From assembly GCA_963976765.1 (NCBI GenBank), contig CAXBME010000001.1, positions 186,001 through 250,000 of the forward strand: DNA of 64,000 nucleotides. Direction: 5' to 3'. The DNA is from an uncultured Planctomycetaceae bacterium. Lineage in GTDB: Bacteria > Planctomycetota > Planctomycetia > Planctomycetales > Planctomycetaceae. This document shows, piece by piece, positions 36,857 to 47,380 of the stretch (positions within the stretch are counted from its first letter, which is position 1; each line of letters opens with the position of its first letter). The position numbers and the translations under genes are program-made. The notes beneath the pieces are model-generated. The model was not told the origin of the DNA and made no database searches. It saw only the letters and a program-made list of their open reading frames with translations.

Positions 36857-37471
36857 GCGGATGGCGTCTCAATTCGAGGGATGAATGAGCCGCAGCCTAC
36901 TCGACGTGAGATGCTTCGCAAAACGGGCCGACCAATCGTCGAGGAAAAAACTGAACCTGCCGGACGTCTGCCGGTTGAACGTCGAGGTTGACCAGAGCCG
37001 AACTGCGAATACCAACGCCTTTTGTGCCGGGTCATCTTTGGGGCCGTCGCAATGATTGACTCAGGCTTGAGCAAATCTGGCTGGGCTTCGGCAGTTTTTG
37101 TGGACTCATTTCCGATGCGGTGTAGCGGTGCAAATGGGAGATGTGAGGCCAGGTGTTCATAATGCGTTGACGGCCTGGATGCCGGAAACGGTCGAAATTC
37201 CGGTCGCAAACTGTCTGCTGAGTCTCGAAACGCCGCGATTCAGTTCAGATGACTGGCGTCTCACCGAGCGAATTCTGTGGGAAAACTCCACCCTGTGACT
37301 CCGGCAATCGGCATAATCCGCACAATTTGTCGTTCAACGGTTCAATCGGAAAGAGTTCGCCAGGCCGCATAACCGATACATCAGACATCTCCCGGTACTG
37401 CCGGTGCGTCACAGTGTCGCGCGGCGTTGGCCGGGCTTCCCGTCCGACGAGCTGGCCTCAGGAATCCAGAT

Positions 37472-38785
37472 ATGACTGGCCGTTTCGTTTCATTCTGTTC
37501 AACAGTTCTACTCCTTGCCGGAGCGGTTTCCGCCCAGGCTCAGGGACCTCAATTCTGGGGCGAACGCGGTTCGCACCCTTACGAGGTTCAAGGGCCGGCG
37601 TGGTATTCGCCGGGTGAGGTGCAGGGACCGACCAACGGTTGGCAACCTTACACGCCCCCGTATCAGCCGGGGCCTGCGAACTATTCGTGGGACAACGTGA
37701 GTGGCAACCCGGATAAAGGCTGGAACTACGAGAACACTCCGCTCGACGAGTTCTTCTCCGATGTGGCACGCAGTTCGTATTTCCGGCTGGAGTACCTCAA
37801 CTATGCCTTCAAGAATCCTGAGGATCGGTTACTGGGCTCAGCAGTTCTGTCGCAGGTTGACCCTAGTGTTCCATTCCAGGTAACCGATACCGGCGGGCAG
37901 CTGGCTGGTGAAGCACGAGTCGCCACCACCGGTGACCTTCAGTACCCGGATGCGCAGGGGATTCGAGGGACCGTCGGTGTCGACCTGATCGGCGGAGCAC
38001 TGGAAGCCAATATCTTCTACTTCAGTCAGGTTAAAGATCGAAGCTTCATCGACCGTCTCGGAGACCAGACGCAAAACAATCCGCTCAATCCACTCACGCC
38101 ACCTCAGTTCATTGCGACCAGCACGCTGACTAACGGTCAGGTCGGCAACAACCTGCTCCTTTACGATGACTCGTTCACGGCGACGTCGGCGGCAGAACTT
38201 TGGGGATCTGAAGCTAACTATGTCTTCGACGCGTACCTGCCAGAGCCAATGTTTCAGTTGAGACCGATCATCGGTTTCCGGTACATCAACTTCAACGAAG
38301 AGCTGAATCAGGTCGGCGTGTTTGATCAACAGGATCAGCTGCTGGTTCCGCTCGTCAGCCGAATTTCGTCGTACACCGAAAACAGCGTCTACGCTCCTCA
38401 GATCGGTTTGCGAGGTGAACTGGTCAGTCGCTGGCTGACACTGGGTATCGAGCCCAAACTGGCGGCAGGTGTCAACGTTTACGAAACGTCGGTCGTCACG
38501 CAGTCGTTGAGGAGTCCTGAAGACCCGTTGACGACGACAACAGCTTCCGGTGAAAAGTTCATGCTCGTCGGCGAGCTGAACGCCTATGCCAGAATTCACA
38601 TTCGACAGAACTTTTCAGTCTCGGTTGGTTATCAGGCGACATTTATCGATCAGGTTGCTCGACCGGCATCCAGCATCCTTTACAACGACAATGGAGCGAA
38701 CGCCGATCCGGCGATTGTTACCAGACCGTCACTTGAACGATTCGACTTCGGTGGGATCAATGTGTCCGGCGAATTCAGGTTCTAG
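37472..38785 (+). CDS. Planctomycete outer-membrane beta-barrel (BBP7-like)
   Basis: Signal peptide, Pro-rich N-terminus, alternating beta strands, 'GFRY..F.E.L', 'N..Y.PQIG', C-terminal GEFRF. Confidence 0.8.
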   Translation: MTGRFVSFCSTVLLLAGAVSAQAQGPQFWGERGSHPYEVQGPAWYSPGEVQGPTNGWQPYTPPYQPGPANYSWDNVSGNPDKGWNYENTPLDEFFSDVARSSYFRLEYLNYAFKNPEDRLLGSAVLSQVDPSVPFQVTDTGGQLAGEARVATTGDLQYPDAQGIRGTVGVDLIGGALEANIFYFSQVKDRSFIDRLGDQTQNNPLNPLTPPQFIATSTLTNGQVGNNLLLYDDSFTATSAAELWGSEANYVFDAYLPEPMFQLRPIIGFRYINFNEELNQVGVFDQQDQLLVPLVSRISSYTENSVYAPQIGLRGELVSRWLTLGIEPKLAAGVNVYETSVVTQSLRSPEDPLTTTTASGEKFMLVGELNAYARIHIRQNFSVSVGYQATFIDQVARPASSILYNDNGANADPAIVTRPSLERFDFGGINVSGEFRF

Positions 38786-38822
38786 AGCTGACGAACCGTT
38801 CGAGCTGAAATCAACGATCTTC

Positions 38823-38859
38823 AGGCCGCCACGCCGACTGCATGGCGGCCTTTTTGTTT
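38823..38859 (+). terminator. Intrinsic terminator
   Basis: aggccgcca / tggcggcct stem followed by ttttgttt. Confidence 0.8.
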
Positions 38860-38984
38860 GACCGGTTGATTGCTTCGCAGAACGCTGCCTCACAGAATCC
38901 TGCGGTTGTCTCGCCAGTTGGTGACAGACGTGATTTTTGTGACGACGTGTGAATTCAATCTCAATAAGCTGGAGTTTTTCTTCA

Positions 38985-40010
38985 ATGTCATCGTTTGACC
39001 TCGCTGCCGGTGGTGATCCGGATCTGATTTCCCGACCGCGTCGCAATCGTCGCACGTCGGCCATCCGCTCGATGTGCCGCGAGACGAAGCTGGAAGTCAG
39101 TCATCTCATTTACCCGATGTTTCTGCATGCCGACCGGAACGACGTCCCGCTCGCGTCGATGCCCGGCCAGACTCGCTGGTCGCTCGATGGCCTGGTCAAA
39201 GAAGTCAAACGCGTCTACGACCTCGGTGTCGACAAGGTCGTGATCTTTCCAAAGATTGACGAGTCTCTCAAAAGCCGTACGGGCGACGAAGCTTACAACC
39301 CGGACGGCTTGATTCCGGAAGCGATCCAGCGAATCAAGGATGCGTCACCGGAAACCTGCGTGGTGACCGACGTCGCCCTCGATCCATACAGCAGCGATGG
39401 TCACGACGGGATTGTTTCCGACGAGGGCGAAGTTCTGAATGACGAAACCGTCGCCGTTCTATGCGAACAGGCTTTGTCTCACGCGCGAGCGGGTGCGAAC
39501 ATCGTCGCGCCGAGTGACATGATGGACGGTCGAGTCGGCAGTATTCGCGCTGTTCTCGATCAGGAAGGTTTCTCACACACATCCATCATGTCTTACACGG
39601 CGAAGTACGCGTCGGCGTTTTACGGTCCGTTTCGCGGAGCTCTGGACTCAGCTCCGAAAGCTTCGAGTGACCGACTAATTCCCAAAGACAAATCAACGTA
39701 CCAGATGGATCCGGCAAACGTTCGCGAAGCCTTACGGGAGCTGGAACTCGACGAAGGCGAAGGCGCCGATATCGTGATGGTCAAGCCGGCTGGAGCGTAC
39801 CTCGACGTCATCAGAGCGTTGCGGGACGAGACCAACCTGCCCGTAGCCGCCTACCAGGTCAGCGGCGAGTACCTGATGATCAAGTCTGCCGCTGAGGCTG
39901 GCTGGCTGGACGAAAAGGCTGTTGTCCTGGAATCGCTGCTCGGCATTCGCCGAGCCGGCGCCGACATCATCCTGACCTACTTCGCCCCACAAGTCGCCGA
40001 GTGGCTGTAG
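38985..40010 (+). CDS. hemB: Porphobilinogen synthase (ALA dehydratase), Asp-rich (non-Cys) metal-site type
   Basis: RPRRNR, DVALDPYSSDGHDG, APSDMMDGR, MVKP, AYQVSGEY. Confidence 0.98.
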   Translation: MSSFDLAAGGDPDLISRPRRNRRTSAIRSMCRETKLEVSHLIYPMFLHADRNDVPLASMPGQTRWSLDGLVKEVKRVYDLGVDKVVIFPKIDESLKSRTGDEAYNPDGLIPEAIQRIKDASPETCVVTDVALDPYSSDGHDGIVSDEGEVLNDETVAVLCEQALSHARAGANIVAPSDMMDGRVGSIRAVLDQEGFSHTSIMSYTAKYASAFYGPFRGALDSAPKASSDRLIPKDKSTYQMDPANVREALRELELDEGEGADIVMVKPAGAYLDVIRALRDETNLPVAAYQVSGEYLMIKSAAEAGWLDEKAVVLESLLGIRRAGADIILTYFAPQVAEWL

Positions 40011-40078
40011 GGCGGGTATTGCCCGCCACTGCTCAGCCTGCAAGCACTGACGAGCCCGATGGGCGGTGCCTGCCCTAC
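40007..40078. repeat. GTAG-family REP doublet
   Basis: gtagggcgggtattgcccgcc ... gggcggtgcctgccctac. Confidence 0.8.
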
Positions 40079-40123
40079 GGTCGTCGAACTCGTTGGTAGG
40101 CGTTGCCCACTCCAGGCTCGTCG

Positions 40124-41620
40124 CTACGGTAAATCGCCCAGCGGCGAAATCGCACGTCGCACAGTCATTCGCATCTGATCGAGCGGACCTGGCTGGCCGG
40201 TAAACATTTCGAATTGTCGAGCCGCCTGGCGAACGAACATCTCGATGCCCGACACCGTTCGGCAACCTTTCGCGCGAGCGTCTTTGATCAGCAGAGTCGT
40301 CTCGGGATTGTAAACCGTGTCAAAGACGACCATGTCCTCAGTCAGCCAGTGTTCGGCGTACGGAGTGTCGTCCACGTTGGGGTGCATGCCGACGGGCGTG
40401 CAGTTGATGAGAACGTCCGGTTCGCCAGCTCCTCGGTTTTCCCAGCTGCAATGCTGGCATCCGATTTCGTCTGCCAGTGCGATTGCCCGTTTGTGAGTTC
40501 GTCCGGCAATCGTGACGATCGCTCCTGATCGAACCATGGCCAGTGCGACTGCTCGTGCGGCACCGCCGGCTCCGAGCAGCATCACCTTTCTGCCCATCAG
40601 ATTTGCTTCGTCGAGATTCTCTTTGTCGAGGCCGATCAGGACTGACGTCAACGCCGCGTCGTAGTCCGTGTTCTCAGAATGCCAGTCGCCGACTTCGCTA
40701 CGGATCAGCGTGTTGGCCGCCCCGATTGCCCTTACGGATTCCGACGAAACGTGCGAGTAATCAGCGGCGGCCTGTTTATGAGGAATGGTGACGCTGAAAC
40801 CTTGCATGCCGATGCTGTCGAGATCGTCCAGCGACTTTGCCAGCGTGTCCTGCGGAATTCGCAACGGCAGATAAACGGCATCGATACCAGCGGCCTGAAG
40901 CGCGAAGTTGTGAACCAGCGGGCTCAGACTGTGGCCGATGGGATCTCCGATGACGCCAAAGATCTGAGTGTCCGGAGTGATGTCGTCATAGCGGAAAATG
41001 TCCCGCATTTCTTCAAACGAAAGTTGCCCCGGCGCGAGTTCTCGATCGCGGCTGAACGTTGCGTAGGTGATCGGTGATCCGAAACGCCCGCAGAGAATTC
41101 GGCTGAACAGCCCCATCTCACCCATGCAGAAAGCGATAGTCGGAATGCTGGACCTTTTAGAAATCTCAAGCATCTTCGCGCCGTCACCAGGCGAGTTGGC
41201 CAGGGTGACAATCTTGATGATATCCGGATCCTGCTTACACATCCTGGCGTGGATCTGCTCGATGTCCGCCGGTGTTTCTTCGAAGTTGTGGTAGCTGATG
41301 ATCCGCTTCGTTTTGCCGTATCGAGGAATGGACTTCGCGATGTCTTCTTCGATATCGACGTAATCCACACCGGCGACGATGGCTGACCGTAGAATTGTCA
41401 GCCGCTGATCTTCAGTGCCTCGCCACCGTCCACCGTCTTCCCGACGTCGGCAGGTGATGATTACCGGAGTCGGGCGGTTGTCGATCAGGCGGCCCAGGTC
41501 AGGGATGCGGGACAACCAGTCAAGCCGCAACTCAACCAGCTTTGCGCCGCGTTCTGCAAGTGCGCGGTGCTCAAGGACAATCATCTTGTGCCGGGTTCGG
41601 CCAATGCTGACGCAAATCAT
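40124..41620 (-). CDS. aroE: Bifunctional type I 3-dehydroquinate dehydratase / shikimate dehydrogenase (AroD-AroE fusion)
   Basis: VELRLD, IISYHNF, APGQ; then HSLSP, SVTIPHK, NTD, GAGGAA, NCTPVGM. Confidence 0.95.
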   Translation of the reverse strand: MICVSIGRTRHKMIVLEHRALAERGAKLVELRLDWLSRIPDLGRLIDNRPTPVIITCRRREDGGRWRGTEDQRLTILRSAIVAGVDYVDIEEDIAKSIPRYGKTKRIISYHNFEETPADIEQIHARMCKQDPDIIKIVTLANSPGDGAKMLEISKRSSIPTIAFCMGEMGLFSRILCGRFGSPITYATFSRDRELAPGQLSFEEMRDIFRYDDITPDTQIFGVIGDPIGHSLSPLVHNFALQAAGIDAVYLPLRIPQDTLAKSLDDLDSIGMQGFSVTIPHKQAAADYSHVSSESVRAIGAANTLIRSEVGDWHSENTDYDAALTSVLIGLDKENLDEANLMGRKVMLLGAGGAARAVALAMVRSGAIVTIAGRTHKRAIALADEIGCQHCSWENRGAGEPDVLINCTPVGMHPNVDDTPYAEHWLTEDMVVFDTVYNPETTLLIKDARAKGCRTVSGIEMFVRQAARQFEMFTGQPGPLDQMRMTVRRAISPLGDLP

Positions 41621-41773
41621 GATGGCAATTGTTTTCCGAGCTGACTGGCGAAAGGACGAAGCGACAATGCCGCAGCACGGTTGCAGACAGAGCAACGGTG
41701 CAGGTCAAAAAACATACCCGCCAACAGCCGACATACCAATCGAGCAGTATCGTCCAGAGGCGGACACTCGGAG

Positions 41774-42019
41774 TTACTCACCGCGCTGCACGGGGATTTC
41801 AAAGCTTGTTGACGTTGCATCTGGCCACGCGATGTCCGCCAGTCGGGATACGAGTAATGACCTCGCGACATCTTTCGCCTGATCATCACTGATGTCCAGA
41901 CTTTGTTCAGACGCCAGTTCCGAAATGGCCGTCGTCATGCCGGCCATGACTCGGCGAGCCGCTCGCTGATCGGTGACGACCGTCTTGATAAGCGTGCGAA
42001 GTTCCTGATCGCTTGCCAT
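41774..42019 (-). CDS. Small hypothetical protein (81 aa)
   Basis: Fills the gap, co-oriented with neighbours, aggt RBS. Confidence 0.55.
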   Translation of the reverse strand: MASDQELRTLIKTVVTDQRAARRVMAGMTTAISELASEQSLDISDDQAKDVARSLLVSRLADIAWPDATSTSFEIPVQRGE

Positions 42020-42057
42020 GACTACCTGCTTTCAGATTTCGAAATTCAGTTCCGAGA

Positions 42058-42498
42058 TCAGTGAGCCGCAGCGTGTCCATGATCAGCAGCGTGTCCGTGG
42101 TCGACCGGCTCTTCGTCCTCGTGCTTAAAGCAGACCAGCGATCCGCAGGCACCACTCAGTTGAACTGAGCCGCACAGGAACATGATTGAAAACAGTGCCG
42201 TGACGTAAACAGTCTTTCCGACAAAGTTACTCAGGCTGAGGCCGAAAACGTGGTGAACTCCATCAACCGGCGGCGCGATCAGCCCCCAGATCAGGATCAT
42301 CATCAGGCTGATAAAGGCCAGTCCGGTCCAGCCACCTTTAAGCAGCACTGCTCGGTATTTGACCCAGTTGACGGCCAGCAGCCAGAAGGCCACCCAGGCG
42401 ACCAGCGGAGTCCACGGGAGAACCAGATGAAAGAGGCTCTCGACGACATTCCAGACGGCAATCACCAGTTCGAGCAGGCTGTTGAGCAGATTTTCCAT
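42058..42498 (-). CDS. Hypothetical membrane protein with His-rich C-terminal tail
   Basis: About 3-4 hydrophobic segments; ends HEDEEPVDHGHAADHGHAAAH. Confidence 0.75.
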   Translation of the reverse strand: MENLLNSLLELVIAVWNVVESLFHLVLPWTPLVAWVAFWLLAVNWVKYRAVLLKGGWTGLAFISLMMILIWGLIAPPVDGVHHVFGLSLSNFVGKTVYVTALFSIMFLCGSVQLSGACGSLVCFKHEDEEPVDHGHAADHGHAAAH

Positions 42499-42841
42499 TT
42501 ACCTACGTCCCTGAACGCTTGGATCGATTCAGATCATTCATTTTTTGAACATTCCCGGCAGGCTGCCGGACAGGAACGCGGTTTATCACATTCCGACCAG
42601 GTGATCCAGCGAGCGAACCACCGACTGTTGCTCACGCTTGTAGCCAGGTGACTTTCCCGGTCAGGCCGTTCCAACGGGATCTTCCAGTCAGGCCCGCGAC
42701 AATGCTTCAGACTGGTCGTTCTGGTCGGCCTCGCCTTGCAATCGCTTCGCGCGGTGGTTGCAATGGCAGAATCTCGCCGCGCCGGATTGGCGGCAGTTTC
42801 TCTGTTGTCGGTCTGTTCGAATCTTCGTTCTGGTTCCAGGT

Positions 42842-43288
42842 ATGAATCGCGATTTAACAGCTCGAGTAATCAGTTGCTGGTTCGCTGCCACTCTGGCTGG
42901 AGTGTTCATTTCCGGCTGTGGAGATTCGGGCATTCCTCGACAGGCCGTTTATGGACGCATCACGGGAGCTGAGGGCCAATCCGGTCTTGTGAGTTTTGTT
43001 CCTCGTGAAAACACTCACGGACCAGCGGCACGAGCGTCACTGATTAACGGCGAGTATCAGTTCAGTAGAACTGACGGGCCGGTTCCGGGCGATTATACCG
43101 TGATCATTCAACTGGAAGTTTCTCAGGACATGGCTTCGGGAGTTGCCGTGTTTAAGGGAATCGAGATCCCGGAGAATTCCGGAGCTAAGATTCCGATGGA
43201 GTACAAAGCGGTGGCGTCGTTGCCGGTTTCCGTTCCGGACGGGGCGGATTCAACGCTGGAAGTTGACCTGAAACTGCCGGACACGTAA
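42842..43288 (+). CDS. Planctomycete lipoprotein of the kind that accompanies DUF1559 genes (carboxypeptidase-regulatory-like fold)
   Basis: Lipobox ISGC-G, 'AVYG.I', 'G.VSF.P', 'GPVPGDY.V.I', 'IP..Y'. Confidence 0.75.
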   Translation: MNRDLTARVISCWFAATLAGVFISGCGDSGIPRQAVYGRITGAEGQSGLVSFVPRENTHGPAARASLINGEYQFSRTDGPVPGDYTVIIQLEVSQDMASGVAVFKGIEIPENSGAKIPMEYKAVASLPVSVPDGADSTLEVDLKLPDT

Positions 43289-43377
43289 GCATCGCTCATC
43301 GCCGTCTCTCAAAGTAACCTGTGACGTGAACTGCTTCGCAGGCCGAGTATTCTGATCGCGACGGATTGTCACAAAGT

Positions 43378-44193
43378 ATGCCTTCAGCAAATCGCAAACG
43401 TGGCTTCACACTGATTGAGCTACTGGTCGTTATCGCGATCATTGCGATTCTGATTGCGCTGCTGTTGCCCGCCGTGCAGCAGGCGCGGGAAGCGGCACGA
43501 CGAAGTCAGTGCAAAAGCAATCTCAAGCAGTGGGGTATCGCGATTCACAACTACCACGATGCTCACAGTGCGATGCCAATGGGCAAAGTCGCGCTGCGGC
43601 ACTGGACGTTTCGATCGATGCTGCTGCCGTTCGTTGATCAGGCTTCACTCTACGATCAACTCGATTTCGAGTTCGATCCGGAATGCTTTGCGTATTCGAT
43701 GGTGACCATTCCGGACAATCCGCTGGATGATCTGATCCCACTCTACAGTTGCCCGAGCGATCCGAATTCCGGAAAAGTGTCTGTCAGTCCGCTCGGTCGG
43801 CACGCACCTGGAAGCTATGCCGGAGTCAGCGGCGACACGCCGACCTCGAAGAACGGCCTCTTCTACGTCGACAGCGTAACCCGGTTTCGCGACATCATTG
43901 ACGGGCTTTCAAGCACTGTTGCGATGGGCGAACGCGGTATACCCGAAGCGCTGAACATCGGTTGGACCCTTTGCGGCAGCACACAGGATTCTTTCCTGGA
44001 CATGCAGATCGGGCTGATTCCCGGCGATGCCAATGGGACTCACAACGACCACTTCTGGAGCTGGCACACCGGCGGGGCTCACTTTCTGCTTGCCGACGGA
44101 TCCGTTCGCTTTGTCAGCGAAACAACGGACCACAGTATTCTGGTCGATCTTTCAACCAGAGCTGGCCAGGAAGTAATTGGCGGCGACTTCTGA
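43378..44193 (+). CDS. DUF1559 protein with prepilin-type N-terminal cleavage/methylation motif
   Basis: [14 protein letters not shown]...[19 protein letters not shown]-terminal [16 protein letters not shown]. Confidence 0.96.
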   Translation: MPSANRKRGFTLIELLVVIAIIAILIALLLPAVQQAREAARRSQCKSNLKQWGIAIHNYHDAHSAMPMGKVALRHWTFRSMLLPFVDQASLYDQLDFEFDPECFAYSMVTIPDNPLDDLIPLYSCPSDPNSGKVSVSPLGRHAPGSYAGVSGDTPTSKNGLFYVDSVTRFRDIIDGLSSTVAMGERGIPEALNIGWTLCGSTQDSFLDMQIGLIPGDANGTHNDHFWSWHTGGAHFLLADGSVRFVSETTDHSILVDLSTRAGQEVIGGDF

Positions 44194-44449
44194 GGAGTCT
44201 GACGGACTCGGCTCGATCATTGACTTTCGACGCTGGTTTCAATTGTCGAGGTCTGATCGGTAACGTTGACGATTCGGCAGTCGATGTTCACCGTCAGTCG
44301 TACACGGAACGGCTAGCTGTCATACTCCGTCGCACAGGCTCTGACGATTTTCCTGTTCCGGAGCCAGTCGACTTCGTGACATGAGGCCTGTCAGGGAGAC
44401 TCCGACAGGCGAAGGCCACTCGAATCATTCACCAGAGCTGAGCAACATA

Positions 44450-45733
44450 ATGGCCATGCTGATACTTTCTGTTTTTCTGGGAGTGCTTATTTGCGGGTGT
44501 GCGGCGTACCAGAATCATTGCACGGCTGGACTTCTGCGTTGCCTGAGTGATGCATCGCCGCCTGCGAATTCTGGTTGTTCGAACGAGTTTTCAACCAGCT
44601 CATTTCAGCCGCAAACGGTTGTGGTTCTCTGCCTGCGAGGTGCCGATCCGCAGCTCGTCGACTGCCTGACTGGACTACTTCGGCAGGACTATGAGAAATG
44701 GGAACTTCGGATCGTCGTCGACCATGCCAACGACCCAGCGTTTTCAGTAGTGGAAGACCTGCTGGCTCGAGAGTCACACTCAAACGTGACGGTCCGAATT
44801 CTCGAAAGTCGCTATCAGACATGCAGCCTGAAACTGAGTGCTCTCAGTCAGGAACTGGCTCTGCTTGACGATGAATGTGAGGCAGTCGTGCTGGTCGATG
44901 CGGACGTCATGACGTACCCCGGCTGGCTGCGGGATATGGTTGCTCCGTTACGCGATCCGAATGTTGGAGCAGCCACCGGACTTCGCTGGTTCCAGCCGCC
45001 TGGTCATTCCGAGGGGGCCAGCATGCGATATCTCTGGAATCTCGCAGCGATTGGCCAGATGCACCATTCCGGCATTGCCTGGGCCGGTTCGCTGGCGATG
45101 CGAACTGACTTCGTGAAATCAGCCGCCTTGTCCGATGAATGGTCGCGAATGGTTTTTGAAGACACTTCACTTTTGAATTCGCTGAACAAAGCCGGGTTGC
45201 GATTAAGTTTCGTGCCGAACGCCATCATGGTGAATACGGAAGCGATCGGGTGTGCTCAGCTTGTCAGGTTTGTGCAGCGTCAATTGCTGAATGCGAGGCT
45301 CTATCACCCGGACTGGAAGACAATTTTCAATCACGGAATTCTGTCGACGATCGGAACTGCCGGAGGTCTTCTGGCCATGCCTCTCGCACTGATGTCGCTG
45401 AACTGGGCGGCGGCGGGAATCCTCGCCACCGCTGGCGCCATTGCGATTGGATTTTCGGCGTATTTTGCGATTCGACTTGATCTTTCGATCCGTCGGATCC
45501 TGGAAGCTCGCAACGGTCAGCAGGAGAAATCGGCGCTGCTACGTTCGTCGACGCGACTGATTTTCGTCCAGGCACTCTATTGTGTTGCGCTGTTGTCAGC
45601 TCGCCGGCAAAGAACTGTTGACTGGCGAGGAATTCAGTACGACATCGACTCGACCGATGGTACCTGCAGAATTCAGATGAGAGAGTATCGTCCGATCGAG
45701 CTGGCACTTGATCCCGCTTCGTCGATCGTCTGA
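44450..45733 (+). CDS. Glycosyltransferase family 2 (HpnI/ceramide glucosyltransferase-like)
   Basis: N-terminal TM, LRGAD, CSLK, DAD, ED, RQ motif, C-terminal WRG. Start could be 44381. Confidence 0.85.
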   Translation: MAMLILSVFLGVLICGCAAYQNHCTAGLLRCLSDASPPANSGCSNEFSTSSFQPQTVVVLCLRGADPQLVDCLTGLLRQDYEKWELRIVVDHANDPAFSVVEDLLARESHSNVTVRILESRYQTCSLKLSALSQELALLDDECEAVVLVDADVMTYPGWLRDMVAPLRDPNVGAATGLRWFQPPGHSEGASMRYLWNLAAIGQMHHSGIAWAGSLAMRTDFVKSAALSDEWSRMVFEDTSLLNSLNKAGLRLSFVPNAIMVNTEAIGCAQLVRFVQRQLLNARLYHPDWKTIFNHGILSTIGTAGGLLAMPLALMSLNWAAAGILATAGAIAIGFSAYFAIRLDLSIRRILEARNGQQEKSALLRSSTRLIFVQALYCVALLSARRQRTVDWRGIQYDIDSTDGTCRIQMREYRPIELALDPASSIV

Positions 45734-45758
45734 CTGACGTCGCTTCTGAAGCTTCCGC

Positions 45759-46544
45759 CTACCGGCGCAGAGCCCAGATCGTGCCGGTTTTCTGGAAGGT
45801 TCTTTCGAACCAGGGACGTTCGACGGTGACGTCGTAGCCGCAGCTTTCCAGTCGTTGGACCAGTTTGCAGTGATCGTGCGACGGGTGCAGTTCGTGAAAT
45901 TCCATGCAGACGCGCTCAATGCGAGCCATTAAATCGTCGGACGTCGAGTCGAGGATTTCGTATTCGCCACCTTCGCAATCGATTTTTAGCAGGTCGACTT
46001 TGTCGAACGCCGCCTCATCCAGAATTGAAGCGAGGTCGCGGCAGGGGTGAGAAGTTCGAACGGGCGGCAGCGGTTTGCGACGATGCAGCAGCCGAATGAA
46101 GAACTGTCCCCACGGAGCGGGCGTGAACTCAGCGTTGTGATTCACCCCGTTGAATTCCGGGTATTCGAGAATTTCCAGCGTGCTGTCGGGAGCACCGGCC
46201 GCGCAACGGATTGCCAGGACGTTGGAAAGGCCATTCTGTCGAACGTTCTCTGCGAGCGTGTCATACGCAGACGTCGGCTCGACGCAGCAGATCCGGCCCG
46301 AGCCGATTTGAGGTGACATCCAGAGTGCGAACAGGCCCATGTTGGCGCCGATGTCGAGGACGTTGAATCCATCCTGCCCGCGAAAATCAGGTCGGTCGTA
46401 AAACTGCTTGTGAAAGATTTCACGACTCAGAAACTTTGCGGACACCAATTGAGTGGCCTGGGTGCCTGTAAATGTCAGTCCGTTCGGGAGCGGAATTGAA
46501 AAAGCGGCTTCTTGTGGGGTGTCGGTAGGCATCACTGAATCCAT
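45759..46544 (-). CDS. FkbM family SAM-dependent methyltransferase
   Basis: VLDIGANMG, LLKIDCEGGE, MEFH. Start uncertain. Confidence 0.92.
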   Translation of the reverse strand: MDSVMPTDTPQEAAFSIPLPNGLTFTGTQATQLVSAKFLSREIFHKQFYDRPDFRGQDGFNVLDIGANMGLFALWMSPQIGSGRICCVEPTSAYDTLAENVRQNGLSNVLAIRCAAGAPDSTLEILEYPEFNGVNHNAEFTPAPWGQFFIRLLHRRKPLPPVRTSHPCRDLASILDEAAFDKVDLLKIDCEGGEYEILDSTSDDLMARIERVCMEFHELHPSHDHCKLVQRLESCGYDVTVERPWFERTFQKTGTIWALRR

Positions 46545-47380
46545 TTCGATCGCTATCTGACTATCGACAAACGTCGGGCGGGGCAGAGCAGAACGGTCAA
46601 AGGAAATTGTCCGAAACAACTTCCAGTCTGCGATGCACCATGAATCGACTATCGGTTGGAACAGTGGAGCGACAATCTTGCAATTCTGTGCAGCCGCGAG
46701 ATTCCGGGGCTGAAAGGCAATGCTGCCCAGACAACTCTCCAGAAACGCCTGTCATGATCTCCTCAGATTCGCCGCGATCCTGTCCCTTTGCCGGCAGGGG
46801 TATCTCGTCAGTCGGCTGTTTCCATGGAATTTGGAGTTGTAGCCGTTTTGGGCATTTGCAGCCGCAGCGTTGCAAATGGCAGCTTTGGATGTCCCGTCGC
46901 GATAGCGGTCTTCTGAGATTTGGAGGAACGAAAAAGCCGGGCAGACCGTCTGACCGAATAGCGTTGACCAGAACGATTGTGAGTCTTCCAAAACATCCTC
47001 GAATGTTATCGCAGGTTGACTTTCGATAAACCTCACTCCATTCTTCCTATTGTGTGAATCCGTCCTGGATTTACACCTCGTTATACGGCAGGAACAGCAT
47101 TTAAAAATAGACCGAGGACGTCAGCAGGCGTGCATCCTAAGTCTGATAGAGAGTGATCAATGTGACTTCTGGCAGGAAGTCTGGATGGATTGCACAGATT
47201 ATGACGGCACGATAGTTGCCATTGGATAAAAAGCTGATTGCTGATGGGGCGACAGTGCCTGGCGATCGAGCCAGTTGACTGTTGTCACGATTTCCGTGAC
47301 CAGCGGAGTGTTGTGTACCGGGGCCGCGTTGTCCGAACTCAAAACTGATTTGTTTACACGAAAATTCAGGAAACCAGCTC

